A stretch of 45,606 bases of DNA from UHGV virus genome UHGV-1352141. The stretch is one strand, 5' to 3'. Shown one piece after another: positions 8,217-17,017 of this stretch (the stretch's first letter is position 1; the number at the start of each line of letters is the position of its first letter). The stretch comes from a virus. The position numbers and the translations under genes were made by a program. The notes under the pieces are model-generated. The model saw only the letters and a program-made list of their open reading frames with translations. It did not search any database and was not told the DNA's origin.

Positions 8217-8248
8217 AAATATTCACCTCACTTTCTAAAGTGAGTATA
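8217..8248 (-). promoter_or_regulatory. Conserved promoter-operator-RBS module, copy 2 of 2
   Basis: TATACT, dyad CTCACTTTAGAAAGTGAG, then GGTGAATATTT before the ATG. Confidence 0.5.
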
Positions 8249-8268
8249 CCAGAGAAGGAGGAACCAAA

Positions 8269-8982
8269 ATGACAGATTTAGTAATCATGAAGGATCGTCA
8301 AGCGGTCACGACAAGTTTGAACTTGGCAGAAAGTTTTGAGAAAGAACACAAGAATGTAATACAAGCAATTGAAGCCAAAATTCAATCGGCTGAAAATTCA
8401 GCTCATTACAAAAAGATGTTTGCTTTAGGTTCTTATGTAGATTCTCGTGGAAGAAAACAAAAAATGTACTACATGAATCGTGCCGGTTGGACTTTTATTG
8501 CAGTTGGCTTTTCAGGGCGCAAAGCAGATTCGTTCAAATTGAAATACATCGACGCGTTCGATCAAATGGAGGAACACATCAAGCAACAAGTGAAAATCCC
8601 ATCAACACCAAGAGATTTGGCGTTACTAGCTTTATCCGCTGGCGAAGAAACGAATCAGCGTGTTGATGAACTAGACACTCGCGTTGCTGATTTAGAAGAG
8701 AATACGGTACTAAGTGCTGGCGATTATGGATATATCAGCAGACGAATCAATCAGCGAGTTTCGGAAGTTGCCAGAGGATTTGGAAAACTTACTCAAGAAC
8801 AACGAGGAAAACTTCATAAAGATATCAATTCAGGTGTAAAAGCTGTGACAGGTGTATCTACGCGGACGCAACTAAGAAACAGACACTATGAAACAGTCTT
8901 AGATTTCATTAATGATTGGGAACCATCTACAGCAACAAAGATGCAAGTACGACAAATGAGTTTGGATTTAGAACCAGCGTAG
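8269..8982 (+). CDS. Rha-family phage regulatory protein / antirepressor
   Basis: N-terminus DRQAVTTSLNLAESFEKEHKNVIQAIE is typical of the Phage_pRha family. GAAGGAGG ribosome-binding site. Confidence 0.75.
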   Translation: MTDLVIMKDRQAVTTSLNLAESFEKEHKNVIQAIEAKIQSAENSAHYKKMFALGSYVDSRGRKQKMYYMNRAGWTFIAVGFSGRKADSFKLKYIDAFDQMEEHIKQQVKIPSTPRDLALLALSAGEETNQRVDELDTRVADLEENTVLSAGDYGYISRRINQRVSEVARGFGKLTQEQRGKLHKDINSGVKAVTGVSTRTQLRNRHYETVLDFINDWEPSTATKMQVRQMSLDLEPA

Positions 8983-8997
8983 GAGGGAGCCTAAAAA

Positions 8998-9198
8998 ATG
9001 AAAATTGAAGCAACGCCACAAGAAATAGCAGAATTGCTCCAAGCTATTGCGAGTAGCAAGGAGAAAAAGGTACCAAATATTCAACCTAATTCAACGATAG
9101 ATGGAAATAAAATAATTTCTGGAAATATCAATTCGCAAGAATTAGCTAGTCAGCTTCATCAGGGATTAGAAGGTATCCAGCATCGTTTAAATAGGTAG
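8998..9198 (+). CDS. Hypothetical protein
   Basis: GGAGGGAG ribosome-binding site upstream. Confidence 0.5.
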   Translation: MKIEATPQEIAELLQAIASSKEKKVPNIQPNSTIDGNKIISGNINSQELASQLHQGLEGIQHRLNR

Positions 9199-9209
9199 AT
9201 AGAAATGAG

Positions 9210-9482
9210 GTGAGAGAAATGGAAGGAAAACAAAGTAAAGGATTTTTTCAAGAAGGCGATTGTATTGAAGTCTCCGGGAAAATGATTGGATTTGTAGTAA
9301 AGGCAGATGAACAAACTTTTGGCTTAAGTAGAATTTTTGATGTTAAGGGAAAACATCTATTATGCCCAGATATTAGCATGTATTCAAATGAAGCCCAGCA
9401 TTATACAGGGAAATACTGGATCAAGAAAGTGCCGGCTCCAGATGAATACAAGGTTATGGAGGCAGTTCCTTTTAGAGGTTAG
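9210..9482 (+). CDS. Hypothetical protein
   Basis: GAGGTGAGAG ribosome-binding site upstream. Confidence 0.5.
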   Translation: MREMEGKQSKGFFQEGDCIEVSGKMIGFVVKADEQTFGLSRIFDVKGKHLLCPDISMYSNEAQHYTGKYWIKKVPAPDEYKVMEAVPFRG

Positions 9483-9681
9483 TCTTAAATGAACTATCGT
9501 ATCTAGTTTTATCGTCGATTATAGCTTTAAGAGAATGGTAGGTTTCTGTGTACAAATCATAAAGCTGCCAATCATCAGATGGGATATCTAATTTTGATAA
9601 TTTGAGCAAAGTTAAATCATGTGCAAGATGATTTGGTTCAACATCAAAACCGTACCTTCCCACTTTATCGTGTGTATTCAT
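9472..9681 (-). CDS. Hypothetical protein (track ORF trimmed to an internal ATG)
   Basis: Internal ATG preceded by AAGGCGGTGAAAATT, similar to the other minus-strand ribosome-binding sites. The track start is a TTG without a ribosome-binding site. Confidence 0.4.
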   Translation of the reverse strand: MNTHDKVGRYGFDVEPNHLAHDLTLLKLSKLDIPSDDWQLYDLYTETYHSLKAIIDDKTRYDSSFKTNL

Positions 9682-9758
9682 AATTTTCACCGCCTTATCA
9701 GTTATTTCAGCAGGCCACTTGCTGATAAGGAAAGTATACAACAGAAAGGAAACTGGAA

Positions 9759-9950
9759 ATGAAAAAAATCTATTGGCTACGACGATTATTGCTACTTATT
9801 ACAATGTTCGGAGTCGGAGCTGCAGCGACAGGAGTAACGCCTACATGGATCAAATTCATTTTAATTGCTGGAGGTGGCGGCTACTTACTTTTGATGGCAG
9901 AGTTCGAGTATGAACAACAAAAAAGCCTACCTCGGCGGCAACCGAAGTAA
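9759..9950 (+). CDS. Small membrane protein
   Basis: Two hydrophobic helices. AAAGGAAAC upstream. Confidence 0.45.
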   Translation: MKKIYWLRRLLLLITMFGVGAAATGVTPTWIKFILIAGGGGYLLLMAEFEYEQQKSLPRRQPK

Positions 9951-10015
9951 GCAAAGGTTAATAAGTCTATCTACACGGAAGTATATCACATTTTTTAAAT
10001 AGGAGGTAGGAGTAA

Positions 10016-10429
10016 TTGGTTAAAAACAAAGTTCTGCTGAGTGAGTTGAACGAAGGAGCGCTTCAAGAACGGTTCGATTTTGAATTGGAACAGGTAACAA
10101 AAAACATCTTAGACCCAAATACAGACCCAGATAAGAAGCGAAAGATCACAATTGATATTACTGTTTTATCTGATGAATATCGTGAAGATATGGTGTTTGA
10201 TTGTCAAATTAAATCCAAACTTGCGCCACGAGAGAATGTATCTTCAAGAGTGCTTATTGGGAAAAATGCAAAAGGTGAAGTTGTGACAAACGAATTGAAA
10301 AGTGGACAGCGAGGCCAAATGTATTTTGATCCAGAAGATTCAGAACTAAAAGATGATAAAGGAACGCCAGTTACTGAGATTGAAAAAATCCAAGAAACTG
10401 AGAAAATAAAAAAATTTAAAACGAATTAG
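10016..10429 (+). CDS. Hypothetical early protein
   Basis: TTG start after AGGAGGTAGGAG. Acidic protein. Confidence 0.5.
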   Translation: MVKNKVLLSELNEGALQERFDFELEQVTKNILDPNTDPDKKRKITIDITVLSDEYREDMVFDCQIKSKLAPRENVSSRVLIGKNAKGEVVTNELKSGQRGQMYFDPEDSELKDDKGTPVTEIEKIQETEKIKKFKTN

Positions 10430-10441
10430 GAGTGATCTTTT

Positions 10442-11185
10442 ATGACAGAAACAAGTAGAGAAGCTTTAGAGTATGCAGTTGAGCTTCGGGAAAAACAAGA
10501 TGTAATTTTTTATGAAGATGGGAAAACTTTCTATGATCGGAACAAGGCAACACTAGCTGAATTAAGTCCAATAAAAAGAGCGGAACCATTGGAGGTTAAT
10601 TCCTTATCAGGTTTGGTTGATTATATGAAATCAGAATTTCGTTCGATGGAGAATGATAAAAAATTATTGTTGCATGTAGAAGGCCCAACAAAAGTAGTGA
10701 TTTATTCTGAATTGGACGATGATCGAAAACGTGAAAGTGTAATTGAAGCAACAGCGTTGCTAGATAAATTTCCGTATGGTCGTTTCATGAATTCCGAAGA
10801 TTTTATTATCAATGTTCAATCATTAATCCAACGTGATCTTGACGCAGAAGCAATTTTGGCATGTGCAAGTTCTATTCGAATTGAAGGTGGCGGCGATTTA
10901 ACAGACAACGGAATTTCTCAAACGGTGACTGTTAAAGAAGGTGCAGCGACGCTTATGCAAGCAGAAGTACCAAGCCCAGCAGAATTGAGACCATATCGGA
11001 CATTTTTAGAAGTGGAACAACCATCCAGTCCTTTTGTTTTTAGAATTAATAGACTGGGTGAATGTGCTCTATTTGAAGCTGATGGCGGCATTTGGAAGCA
11101 CGAAGCAATGGAAAACGTGAGTCAGTATTTAGTAAATGAATTAAAAGAATTGATTGATAGTGGAAGTTTAACAATTATTGCGTAA
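10442..11185 (+). CDS. Hypothetical early protein
   Basis: Long ORF in the operon immediately upstream of the exo/recT pair. Confidence 0.55.
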   Translation: MTETSREALEYAVELREKQDVIFYEDGKTFYDRNKATLAELSPIKRAEPLEVNSLSGLVDYMKSEFRSMENDKKLLLHVEGPTKVVIYSELDDDRKRESVIEATALLDKFPYGRFMNSEDFIINVQSLIQRDLDAEAILACASSIRIEGGGDLTDNGISQTVTVKEGAATLMQAEVPSPAELRPYRTFLEVEQPSSPFVFRINRLGECALFEADGGIWKHEAMENVSQYLVNELKELIDSGSLTIIA

Positions 11186-11258
11186 CCCAAAAACTCGCCC
11201 TGATTCAACGATCATAAGCGAGCGAATAAAAGGATTACCTATCTAAGGAGAGAATAAC

Positions 11259-11588
11259 ATGATTAACGAAAAAATTCAAAATTTATTGAAAGAACTACAA
11301 CGGGAATGTGAAAAGGAAGGTGTATCAGCACTTTGTACACTCCATAAAGAAGCGAATGCCTTACAACTGCTTGTTGGTGGATTACCCGATGTAGCTGCAC
11401 TCTTAGCGATTCAAGAAAGTGAATTAGACAACAAGTTACTGGTTCCCGTGAAACTATTAAGGAATGCAGGATTAGAGGCATTGGGGATGGAAACGGGGAA
11501 AACTATGCCCGATCATACCTTTGTTCTTAATAATGTAAACGATATTCCAGATGTCCTTGAACGTATTAGGAAAGGTGAATTCGAATGA
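11259..11588 (+). CDS. Hypothetical protein
   Basis: AAGGAGAG ribosome-binding site. Confidence 0.5.
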   Translation: MINEKIQNLLKELQRECEKEGVSALCTLHKEANALQLLVGGLPDVAALLAIQESELDNKLLVPVKLLRNAGLEALGMETGKTMPDHTFVLNNVNDIPDVLERIRKGEFE

Positions 11589-11693
11589 GTTTCGATTATG
11601 ACACTGCAATGGCTGATCCTGATAACCACGTTTTCATAAATGTTACTCAATCAGGGGCAGAAGATAAGCCAGAGAACATGGAGGGATGGGCTG

Positions 11694-12635
11694 ATGATTA
11701 GTTCAATAATGAAAATGGCTCGTATAGATTGGTTGTTAGACCGCAGAAAAGGAATAGGCGGTTCAGATGTAGCAGCCATTATGGGATTAAATAAATGGAA
11801 ATCTGCCTATCAAATTTGGTTAGAAAAAACAGGACAGGTTGGATTATCTGAATCAGACAGCGAGCCAGCTTATTGGGGAACGGTTTTGGAAGAGGTTGTA
11901 GCAAAAGAATTCGCCGTGCGGACTGGAAAAAAAGTCCGTCGGCGTAATCAAGTATTTGAACATCCAGAATATCCATTTCTTAGAGCGAATATTGATCGTG
12001 ATGTAGTAGGAGAAAAAGCGATATTGGAGTGCAAAACAGCGAATCAATTTCTTAGCAAAGAATGGGATGGTGAGGAAGTCCCGCTTAGTTATCTGTGTCA
12101 AGTACAACATTATATGAATGTTCTTGATAGAGATTATTGCTATTTTGCTGTATTGATCGGTGGTCAAAAATTCATCTGGAAACGCATTGAACGAGATCAA
12201 GAATTGATTGACTCAATCACCAAACGCTTAATTGGATTTTGGGAAGAAAATGTAATTAAAGGCATAGAACCATCTATTGATGGCAGTGATGCCACTAAAA
12301 AATTCTTGAATGCTCATTATAACGAAGAAGGATTGAACGAAATTACTCTTTCAAATCATTTTGATGAATTAATTGAAAGTAAAAAGCAACTAAAAGAAAC
12401 TGAAAAATCAATCAAGATCCAAATACAAGAAATTGATAATCAAATTAAATCAGAGCTAGGGAAAAGGAATGCAGTAATAGGGATTTCTCCTAAACATGTC
12501 ATCTCTTGGAAACAACAAAATAGAATGACATTAGACAAGAAACTATTGACTGAGAAATACCCTGAAGTTGCAAATGATTCCAGCATATACAAAACATCAA
12601 GTTATAAAAAATTAGTTGAAAAGGAGATTGGCTAA
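11694..12635 (+). CDS. YqaJ-like viral recombinase-domain exonuclease (lambda Exo-like)
   Basis: IGGSDVAAIMGLNKWKSAYQIWLEKTG and ...AILECKTANQF (PD-(D/E)xK). GGAGGG ribosome-binding site before the ATG at 11694. Confidence 0.8.
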   Translation: MISSIMKMARIDWLLDRRKGIGGSDVAAIMGLNKWKSAYQIWLEKTGQVGLSESDSEPAYWGTVLEEVVAKEFAVRTGKKVRRRNQVFEHPEYPFLRANIDRDVVGEKAILECKTANQFLSKEWDGEEVPLSYLCQVQHYMNVLDRDYCYFAVLIGGQKFIWKRIERDQELIDSITKRLIGFWEENVIKGIEPSIDGSDATKKFLNAHYNEEGLNEITLSNHFDELIESKKQLKETEKSIKIQIQEIDNQIKSELGKRNAVIGISPKHVISWKQQNRMTLDKKLLTEKYPEVANDSSIYKTSSYKKLVEKEIG

Positions 12636-12636
12636 T

Positions 12637-13485
12637 ATGGCAACGAACAGTTCGTTAAAAAATCAGCTTGCAGAAAATAGTCAGAAGCAAGTTAATCCAA
12701 GCAAATTGGGTCTGAAAGCATTAATGAATACGCCGACGATGCGAAAAAAATTTGAAGATGTATTAAAAGATAAGTCAGATGGTTTTATGGCCAGTGTTCT
12801 TAATTTAGTAAGCAATGATTCCTATTTATCTTCAGTAGAACCTATGAGCATTATAACTAGTGCAATGGTAGCAGCATCATTAGATTTACCTGTAGATAAA
12901 AATTTAGGTTATGCATGGATCGTTCCTTATCGTGGAAAAGCTCAATTTCAGCTCGGATACAAAGGATACATTCAATTAGCCCAACGATCAGGACAGTATA
13001 AAGCACTTAATGTGATTGAAGTCTATGAAGGTGAATTGAAAGGTTGGAATCGTCTAACAGAAGAATTTGAGTTTGATCAAAGCGGACGACAGTCAAATCA
13101 GGTAATCGGTTATGTAGGATATTTTGAGTTACTAAACGGATTCAAAAAGACTGTTTATTGGACGAAGCAAGAAATCGAACGGCACAAACAGAAGTTTAGC
13201 AAATCAGATTTTGGATGGAAAAACGATTACGATGCTATGGCCAAGAAGACAGTATTACGAAATATGCTTTCTAAATGGGGAATATTATCTATTGAGATGC
13301 AGAAAGCGACGATTACTGACGAAACGATTGTTAATGATGTTACAGAAGATGGCAGCATCATTTCTGAGACAGAAATAGAAGATGGCTCTGAAAGAAAAGA
13401 AGCGGAGCCTATTATTGATCAATCAAATGATCAAACAGAAGAACAGACGGCTTTATTTGATGATACAAAGCCACCACTTAAATAA
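12637..13485 (+). CDS. recT: RecT-family single-strand annealing protein
   Basis: RecT core similarity (GYKGYIQLAQRSGQYKALNVIEVYEGE...). AAGGAG ribosome-binding site. Coupled to the exonuclease gene. Confidence 0.8.
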   Translation: MATNSSLKNQLAENSQKQVNPSKLGLKALMNTPTMRKKFEDVLKDKSDGFMASVLNLVSNDSYLSSVEPMSIITSAMVAASLDLPVDKNLGYAWIVPYRGKAQFQLGYKGYIQLAQRSGQYKALNVIEVYEGELKGWNRLTEEFEFDQSGRQSNQVIGYVGYFELLNGFKKTVYWTKQEIERHKQKFSKSDFGWKNDYDAMAKKTVLRNMLSKWGILSIEMQKATITDETIVNDVTEDGSIISETEIEDGSERKEAEPIIDQSNDQTEEQTALFDDTKPPLK

Positions 13486-13524
13486 CGAGGGAGATAATTC
13501 TCCCTCTGAATTGGAGGTGAAGCT

Positions 13525-14463
13525 GTGGCAAGACCAACAAAGAACGGTCTTGATTATTTTCCTCTTGATGTTCACATTTTTGAAGATGAAAAAATAGAAG
13601 CCATTGCTGGTGAATTTGGTATCAAAGGTGAGCTTGCAGTAATCAAACTGTTATGCGCGGTATATGAAAAAGGATACTTCGTTGTATGGAATGACCTGAC
13701 CAAAGCTAAACTTTTGAAAAGACTACCGGGCACCAGCAAGGATTTGTTAGAGCAAGTTGTCAACCGCTTAGTTACATGGGAATTTTTTAATAAAGACCTG
13801 TTTAACTCGGCTAAGGTATTGACCAGCAAAAAAATCCAAGACAACTATTTTGAAGCAACGAAAAGAAGGAAAATGCCAAAACCAACACAATACGTTATTA
13901 ATGCTGACAATAACTCACAAGTAAAGGGAGTTAATGTAGACATTAATCCACAAAGTAAAGTAAATAAAACTAAAGTAAATAAAACTAAAGCTTCTGAAAC
14001 TAGTATTACTAAAAATTCAGAAGATAGTGCTGTGCGTTATTGGCTCAATCAAGTCAACCCAGCAGAAGCACCATTCATTACTCAATCCATTCAGCATTGG
14101 GTAAATGACTTTGGAGGTCAGGACGAAATTATCATTTTAGCGATTGATGACATGTTGAAGCATGGCGCTAGAAGCTATAAATATCTTGACGCTGTGCTAA
14201 GAAGCTGGGAAAACAAGCAATTAGATACCGTTGAGAAAGTGAAGCGCCAGCTTGAAAGTCATTATGCTAAGCCAAGCAATAAGACTAAGAGCCGCAACTC
14301 GTTCAAGCAAGTAACAAACTACGGCGAGACATTGTACACGTATTACGAGCAGGAACTCCGCTTTTCGCCAAATATGACGTTCGATGAGTATGTCGCTAAG
14401 AAGCGCCTAAATGAGCGTGACCGACAAGCATTAGAACAATACGTTCACAGTCTGGGGGAGTGA
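13525..14463 (+). CDS. Phage replisome organiser with a C-terminal DnaD domain
   Basis: N-terminal phage_rep_org_N-like region and C-terminal DnaD-like segment (YKYLDAVLRSWENKQLDTVEKV). GTG start after GGAGGTG. Confidence 0.7.
   Translation: MARPTKNGLDYFPLDVHIFEDEKIEAIAGEFGIKGELAVIKLLCAVYEKGYFVVWNDLTKAKLLKRLPGTSKDLLEQVVNRLVTWEFFNKDLFNSAKVLTSKKIQDNYFEATKRRKMPKPTQYVINADNNSQVKGVNVDINPQSKVNKTKVNKTKASETSITKNSEDSAVRYWLNQVNPAEAPFITQSIQHWVNDFGGQDEIIILAIDDMLKHGARSYKYLDAVLRSWENKQLDTVEKVKRQLESHYAKPSNKTKSRNSFKQVTNYGETLYTYYEQELRFSPNMTFDEYVAKKRLNERDRQALEQYVHSLGE
13956..13990. repeat. Perfect 15-bp tandem repeat TAAAGTAAATAAAAC (2.3 copies) inside the replisome organiser gene
   Basis: Seen directly. Encodes KVNKTKVNKTK. 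Confidence 0.6.
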
Positions 14464-14467
14464 TAGA

Positions 14468-14752
14468 ATGACTGATTTAGAATTGGCAGACGCAATCACT
14501 TCGTTGTTACCCGATGACTATCGAGAAAAGTTGAGGGGAACACAAGAACGCTTTGAAAAGACCATGGAGCAAACGAAACTAGACACCAAAGAATCGAACG
14601 AATGTTTTTGTCGATACATGGAGATTTATTGGCTAGCGGTTTATAACGGGCGATACGAATACAGTGCGTTGCAAAAGCTAGAGTATTCCGAATGGCGCAA
14701 ACGTGCAAAAGAGATGCTACAAAGATTGCAACGTAAGGCGGTGACCGCATGA
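14468..14752 (+). CDS. Hypothetical protein
   Basis: Translationally coupled to the neighbouring genes. Confidence 0.5.
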   Translation: MTDLELADAITSLLPDDYREKLRGTQERFEKTMEQTKLDTKESNECFCRYMEIYWLAVYNGRYEYSALQKLEYSEWRKRAKEMLQRLQRKAVTA

Positions 14753-15105
14753 GGCGTAAGAAAACACCAGAACAACGACAGGCTAGACGTGAACTTTTTA
14801 TGCTAACTGACGAGGAACTAAATCCAGAGTGGTTCAATGATCCAGAAAAAGTAAAACGTCGGGATGAATTGCTGGGAATTATCGAATATCGTGAACCGGT
14901 TGTAATGAGCGACGATGAAAAGTATCAACGCTATTTAGACAAACGCCCAGGTTTAGAGGCTGCTGTCGTAAAGATGTTGCTTGAAAAGAAGTTAAGCAAA
15001 GAAATTCGAGACGAATTAAAAATGGATTTTAAAGTGATCGCATTTTGTCGGAGAAAATACAATTTGAATCCGAAAATACGTACGAAAAGAGTTAGGAGAA
15101 CATGA
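14749..15105 (+). CDS. Hypothetical basic protein
   Basis: ATGA overlap with the upstream gene. Confidence 0.5.
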   Translation: MRRKKTPEQRQARRELFMLTDEELNPEWFNDPEKVKRRDELLGIIEYREPVVMSDDEKYQRYLDKRPGLEAAVVKMLLEKKLSKEIRDELKMDFKVIAFCRRKYNLNPKIRTKRVRRT

Positions 15106-15415
15106 TGGACGAACTAATACAAATGATCGAAGAGTGGTCGAAAGAACGCGGAATCAATAAAGCAGATCCTCAAAAACAGATGCTTAAACTGTACGAGGAG
15201 ATCGGTGAAACGTCAGCGGCTGTCGTCAGGGACGATAAAGAAGCCCTCAGAGACGCGATAGGTGATTCGGTCATAACATTTTACTCAATCTAGCTTTGCA
15301 GAACGATATGAGCCTGTATGAGTGCGTGATGCACGCTTATGGAGAAATCAAAGGGCGAGACGGCAAAATGATCAACGGCATGTTCGTTAAATCTGACGAT
15401 ATGAGGATCGGTTAG
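15102..15415 (+). pseudogene. MazG-like nucleotide pyrophosphohydrolase interrupted by a frameshift in a T4 run (15279..15282)
   Basis: Frame A ends at the TAG at 15291. The -1 frame continues with LNLALQNDMSLYECVMHAYGEIKGRDGKMINGMFV, which is MazG-like. One extra T would restore a single approximately 104-aa ORF. Confidence 0.6.
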
Positions 15416-15461
15416 CAGTAAGCCTTGTATTTTTTTGGACAAAAATTAGGAGGAATACGAA

Positions 15462-15740
15462 TTGAACAAAGTAAAAATTACAGCAGTATTAATTATTACC
15501 GCTTTGGCTTTATCAGGATGTGCTAGTTGGGATCGTTTGAAAAAGAGTTGGTCCAGTGAATTAGGCAACGGTCTTGAAAGAGAGGTCGTCATTACAGACC
15601 AAACAGGCAAAGTGGTTTATGAAGACTCAGGTAAGTTCGATGTTGAAGTAAACGATTATCGCGTGAAGTACATTGATGAAAAGGGTAAGCTTCACATTAT
15701 TTATCTCGGTGCTAGTACAGCCGTTGTTAATGAGAAATAA
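15462..15740 (+). CDS. Lipoprotein
   Basis: Signal peptide with lipobox LSGC. TTG start 8 nt after AGGAGG. Confidence 0.6.
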   Translation: MNKVKITAVLIITALALSGCASWDRLKKSWSSELGNGLEREVVITDQTGKVVYEDSGKFDVEVNDYRVKYIDEKGKLHIIYLGASTAVVNEK

Positions 15741-15786
15741 AAGTTCTGCTAACTGGGGCTATCACGTAGAAAAAAGACCAGCTAGG

Positions 15787-16230
15787 CTAGTCTTTAGGTA
15801 AATATTTTTGTACTAGATATTTACGATATTCAGCAGCTTCTTCAATCGTTTTGAAACCAGCCTTTTGATAAACAGTACCGTTCACAGTAAGAACAGCTCG
15901 ATATTTTAGTTTACCCGCTTGCTTGTAAGTAACAACACCACGAACACCAGATTGGCTGTTTGATTGTGGTTTATCAGTTTGGAAGTAAGATGGCTTGATC
16001 CCATTTTTTACTACTTGCCGTGCTTTGATTGCAGGAGGACCTTTCTCTGCTTGAAGACAACCGCATGATTTGGTGAGTCCGTTTCGTAGTGAACCGCTAT
16101 CGACGGTTTTCTCGTTTCCGCATTCACATTTACAAAGAAAGGTGGCATGACCATATTTGTCAGTGCCGTTTCGTTCAATAACTAGAAGGCGACCAAAGCG
16201 TTGATTTGATAGATCAATAAATTTACCCAT
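15787..16230 (-). CDS. Zinc-ribbon plus AP2-domain DNA-binding protein
   Basis: CKCECG...SCGC cysteine cluster, then an AP2-like segment GVRGVVTYKQAGKLKYRAVLTVNGTVYQKAGFKTIEEAAEYRKY. Track ORF trimmed to the internal ATG. Confidence 0.5.
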   Translation of the reverse strand: MGKFIDLSNQRFGRLLVIERNGTDKYGHATFLCKCECGNEKTVDSGSLRNGLTKSCGCLQAEKGPPAIKARQVVKNGIKPSYFQTDKPQSNSQSGVRGVVTYKQAGKLKYRAVLTVNGTVYQKAGFKTIEEAAEYRKYLVQKYLPKD

Positions 16231-16480
16231 TGAGATCAATCCCAGCTTTTTCAGTCTCGTAGTCAATCTCGTATTTCATTAGCTTGTTAATGACTTCTTC
16301 ATACGGAAGTCCCGATTCAGCGACTAAATCAACTAAGAGTTGGATTGGAAGCTCATTAACAGATTTTTCCCGAGATTTCCATGTTGAAAAAGTAGATTGT
16401 TTTGATCCAATAGCTTTAGCAAATTTATTCGGTGTTGTCTTTAGATCATCTTCAATAAATCGATAAACGGAGTATTGCAT
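16223..16480 (-). CDS. HTH DNA-binding protein (XRE-like)
   Basis: TPNKFAKAIGSKQSTFSTWKS HTH-like segment. First gene of the antisense cassette. Confidence 0.5.
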   Translation of the reverse strand: MQYSVYRFIEDDLKTTPNKFAKAIGSKQSTFSTWKSREKSVNELPIQLLVDLVAESGLPYEEVINKLMKYEIDYETEKAGIDLNG

Positions 16481-16494
16481 AGTTAACGTCCTTT

Positions 16495-16881
16495 CTAAAT
16501 GAATTTAATAGTGATTTCGTAGTAACCCATTTCTTCGAAATCTAAATCAGTAGCAACTCTTGTAATAACGAATCTTGTTCCGGCAGGCAATAACACTTCA
16601 CACTCTTGATCACAGTCTTCGCAACCAAGTTCGGAACATTCTTCTTCGTTGTCGTAATCGACTTCGTGACCAGCAACTTTGTTTTCAGGGATAAAAGTGT
16701 ATTCGTATTCGCCAAATGTTTCAGGTGTGAACATACCAGCTTTTGTCCAAGATTCAGCTTTATCAAGAGTAATGATTTGACCTTCAACATAGTCGATTTT
16801 GTAATTTACAGCGATTGTTCTAGATACTTCATAAGTTCCTGTAATGTTGTGTGCAATTTCGTTTTTGTTCATGTTGGTCAA
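16495..16881 (-). CDS. Hypothetical acidic Cys-rich protein
   Basis: ECSELGCEDCDQEC cluster. Minus strand inside a plus-strand early region. Confidence 0.5.
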   Translation of the reverse strand: MTNMNKNEIAHNITGTYEVSRTIAVNYKIDYVEGQIITLDKAESWTKAGMFTPETFGEYEYTFIPENKVAGHEVDYDNEEECSELGCEDCDQECEVLLPAGTRFVITRVATDLDFEEMGYYEITIKFI

Positions 16882-16921
16882 ATCCTTTCAAATGGGTTAT
16901 CTCTTATCTACATTTATAGTG

Positions 16922-16958
16922 TAACGCATATGCGTTAGTTTGTCAACGCAATTGCGTT
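16922..16958. promoter_or_regulatory. Two perfect palindromic operators, TAACGCATATGCGTTA and AACGCAATTGCGTT, centred 22 bp apart
   Basis: 16922..16937 and 16945..16958. TTGTCA overlaps the second. Located in the divergent region between the minus-strand cassette and the plus-strand gene at 17018. Confidence 0.55.
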
Positions 16959-17017
16959 AAGATGTTTGAAAAAGTTTTATACATTATCGGAGGAAACAAT
17001 GGAGGCGAAAAAAGGAT

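Noticed and set aside
11263-12200. Minus-strand ORFs 11263..11481, 11779..11976 and 11853..12200
   Set aside because: Antisense to the supported plus-strand genes (the 109-aa ORF and the YqaJ exonuclease), with no ribosome-binding sites.
13382-13844. ORFs 13382..13597 (+) and 13572..13844 (-) around the replisome organiser start
   Set aside because: They overlap the RecT 3' end and the DnaD-type gene in other frames. The organiser ORF has the ribosome-binding site and domain support.
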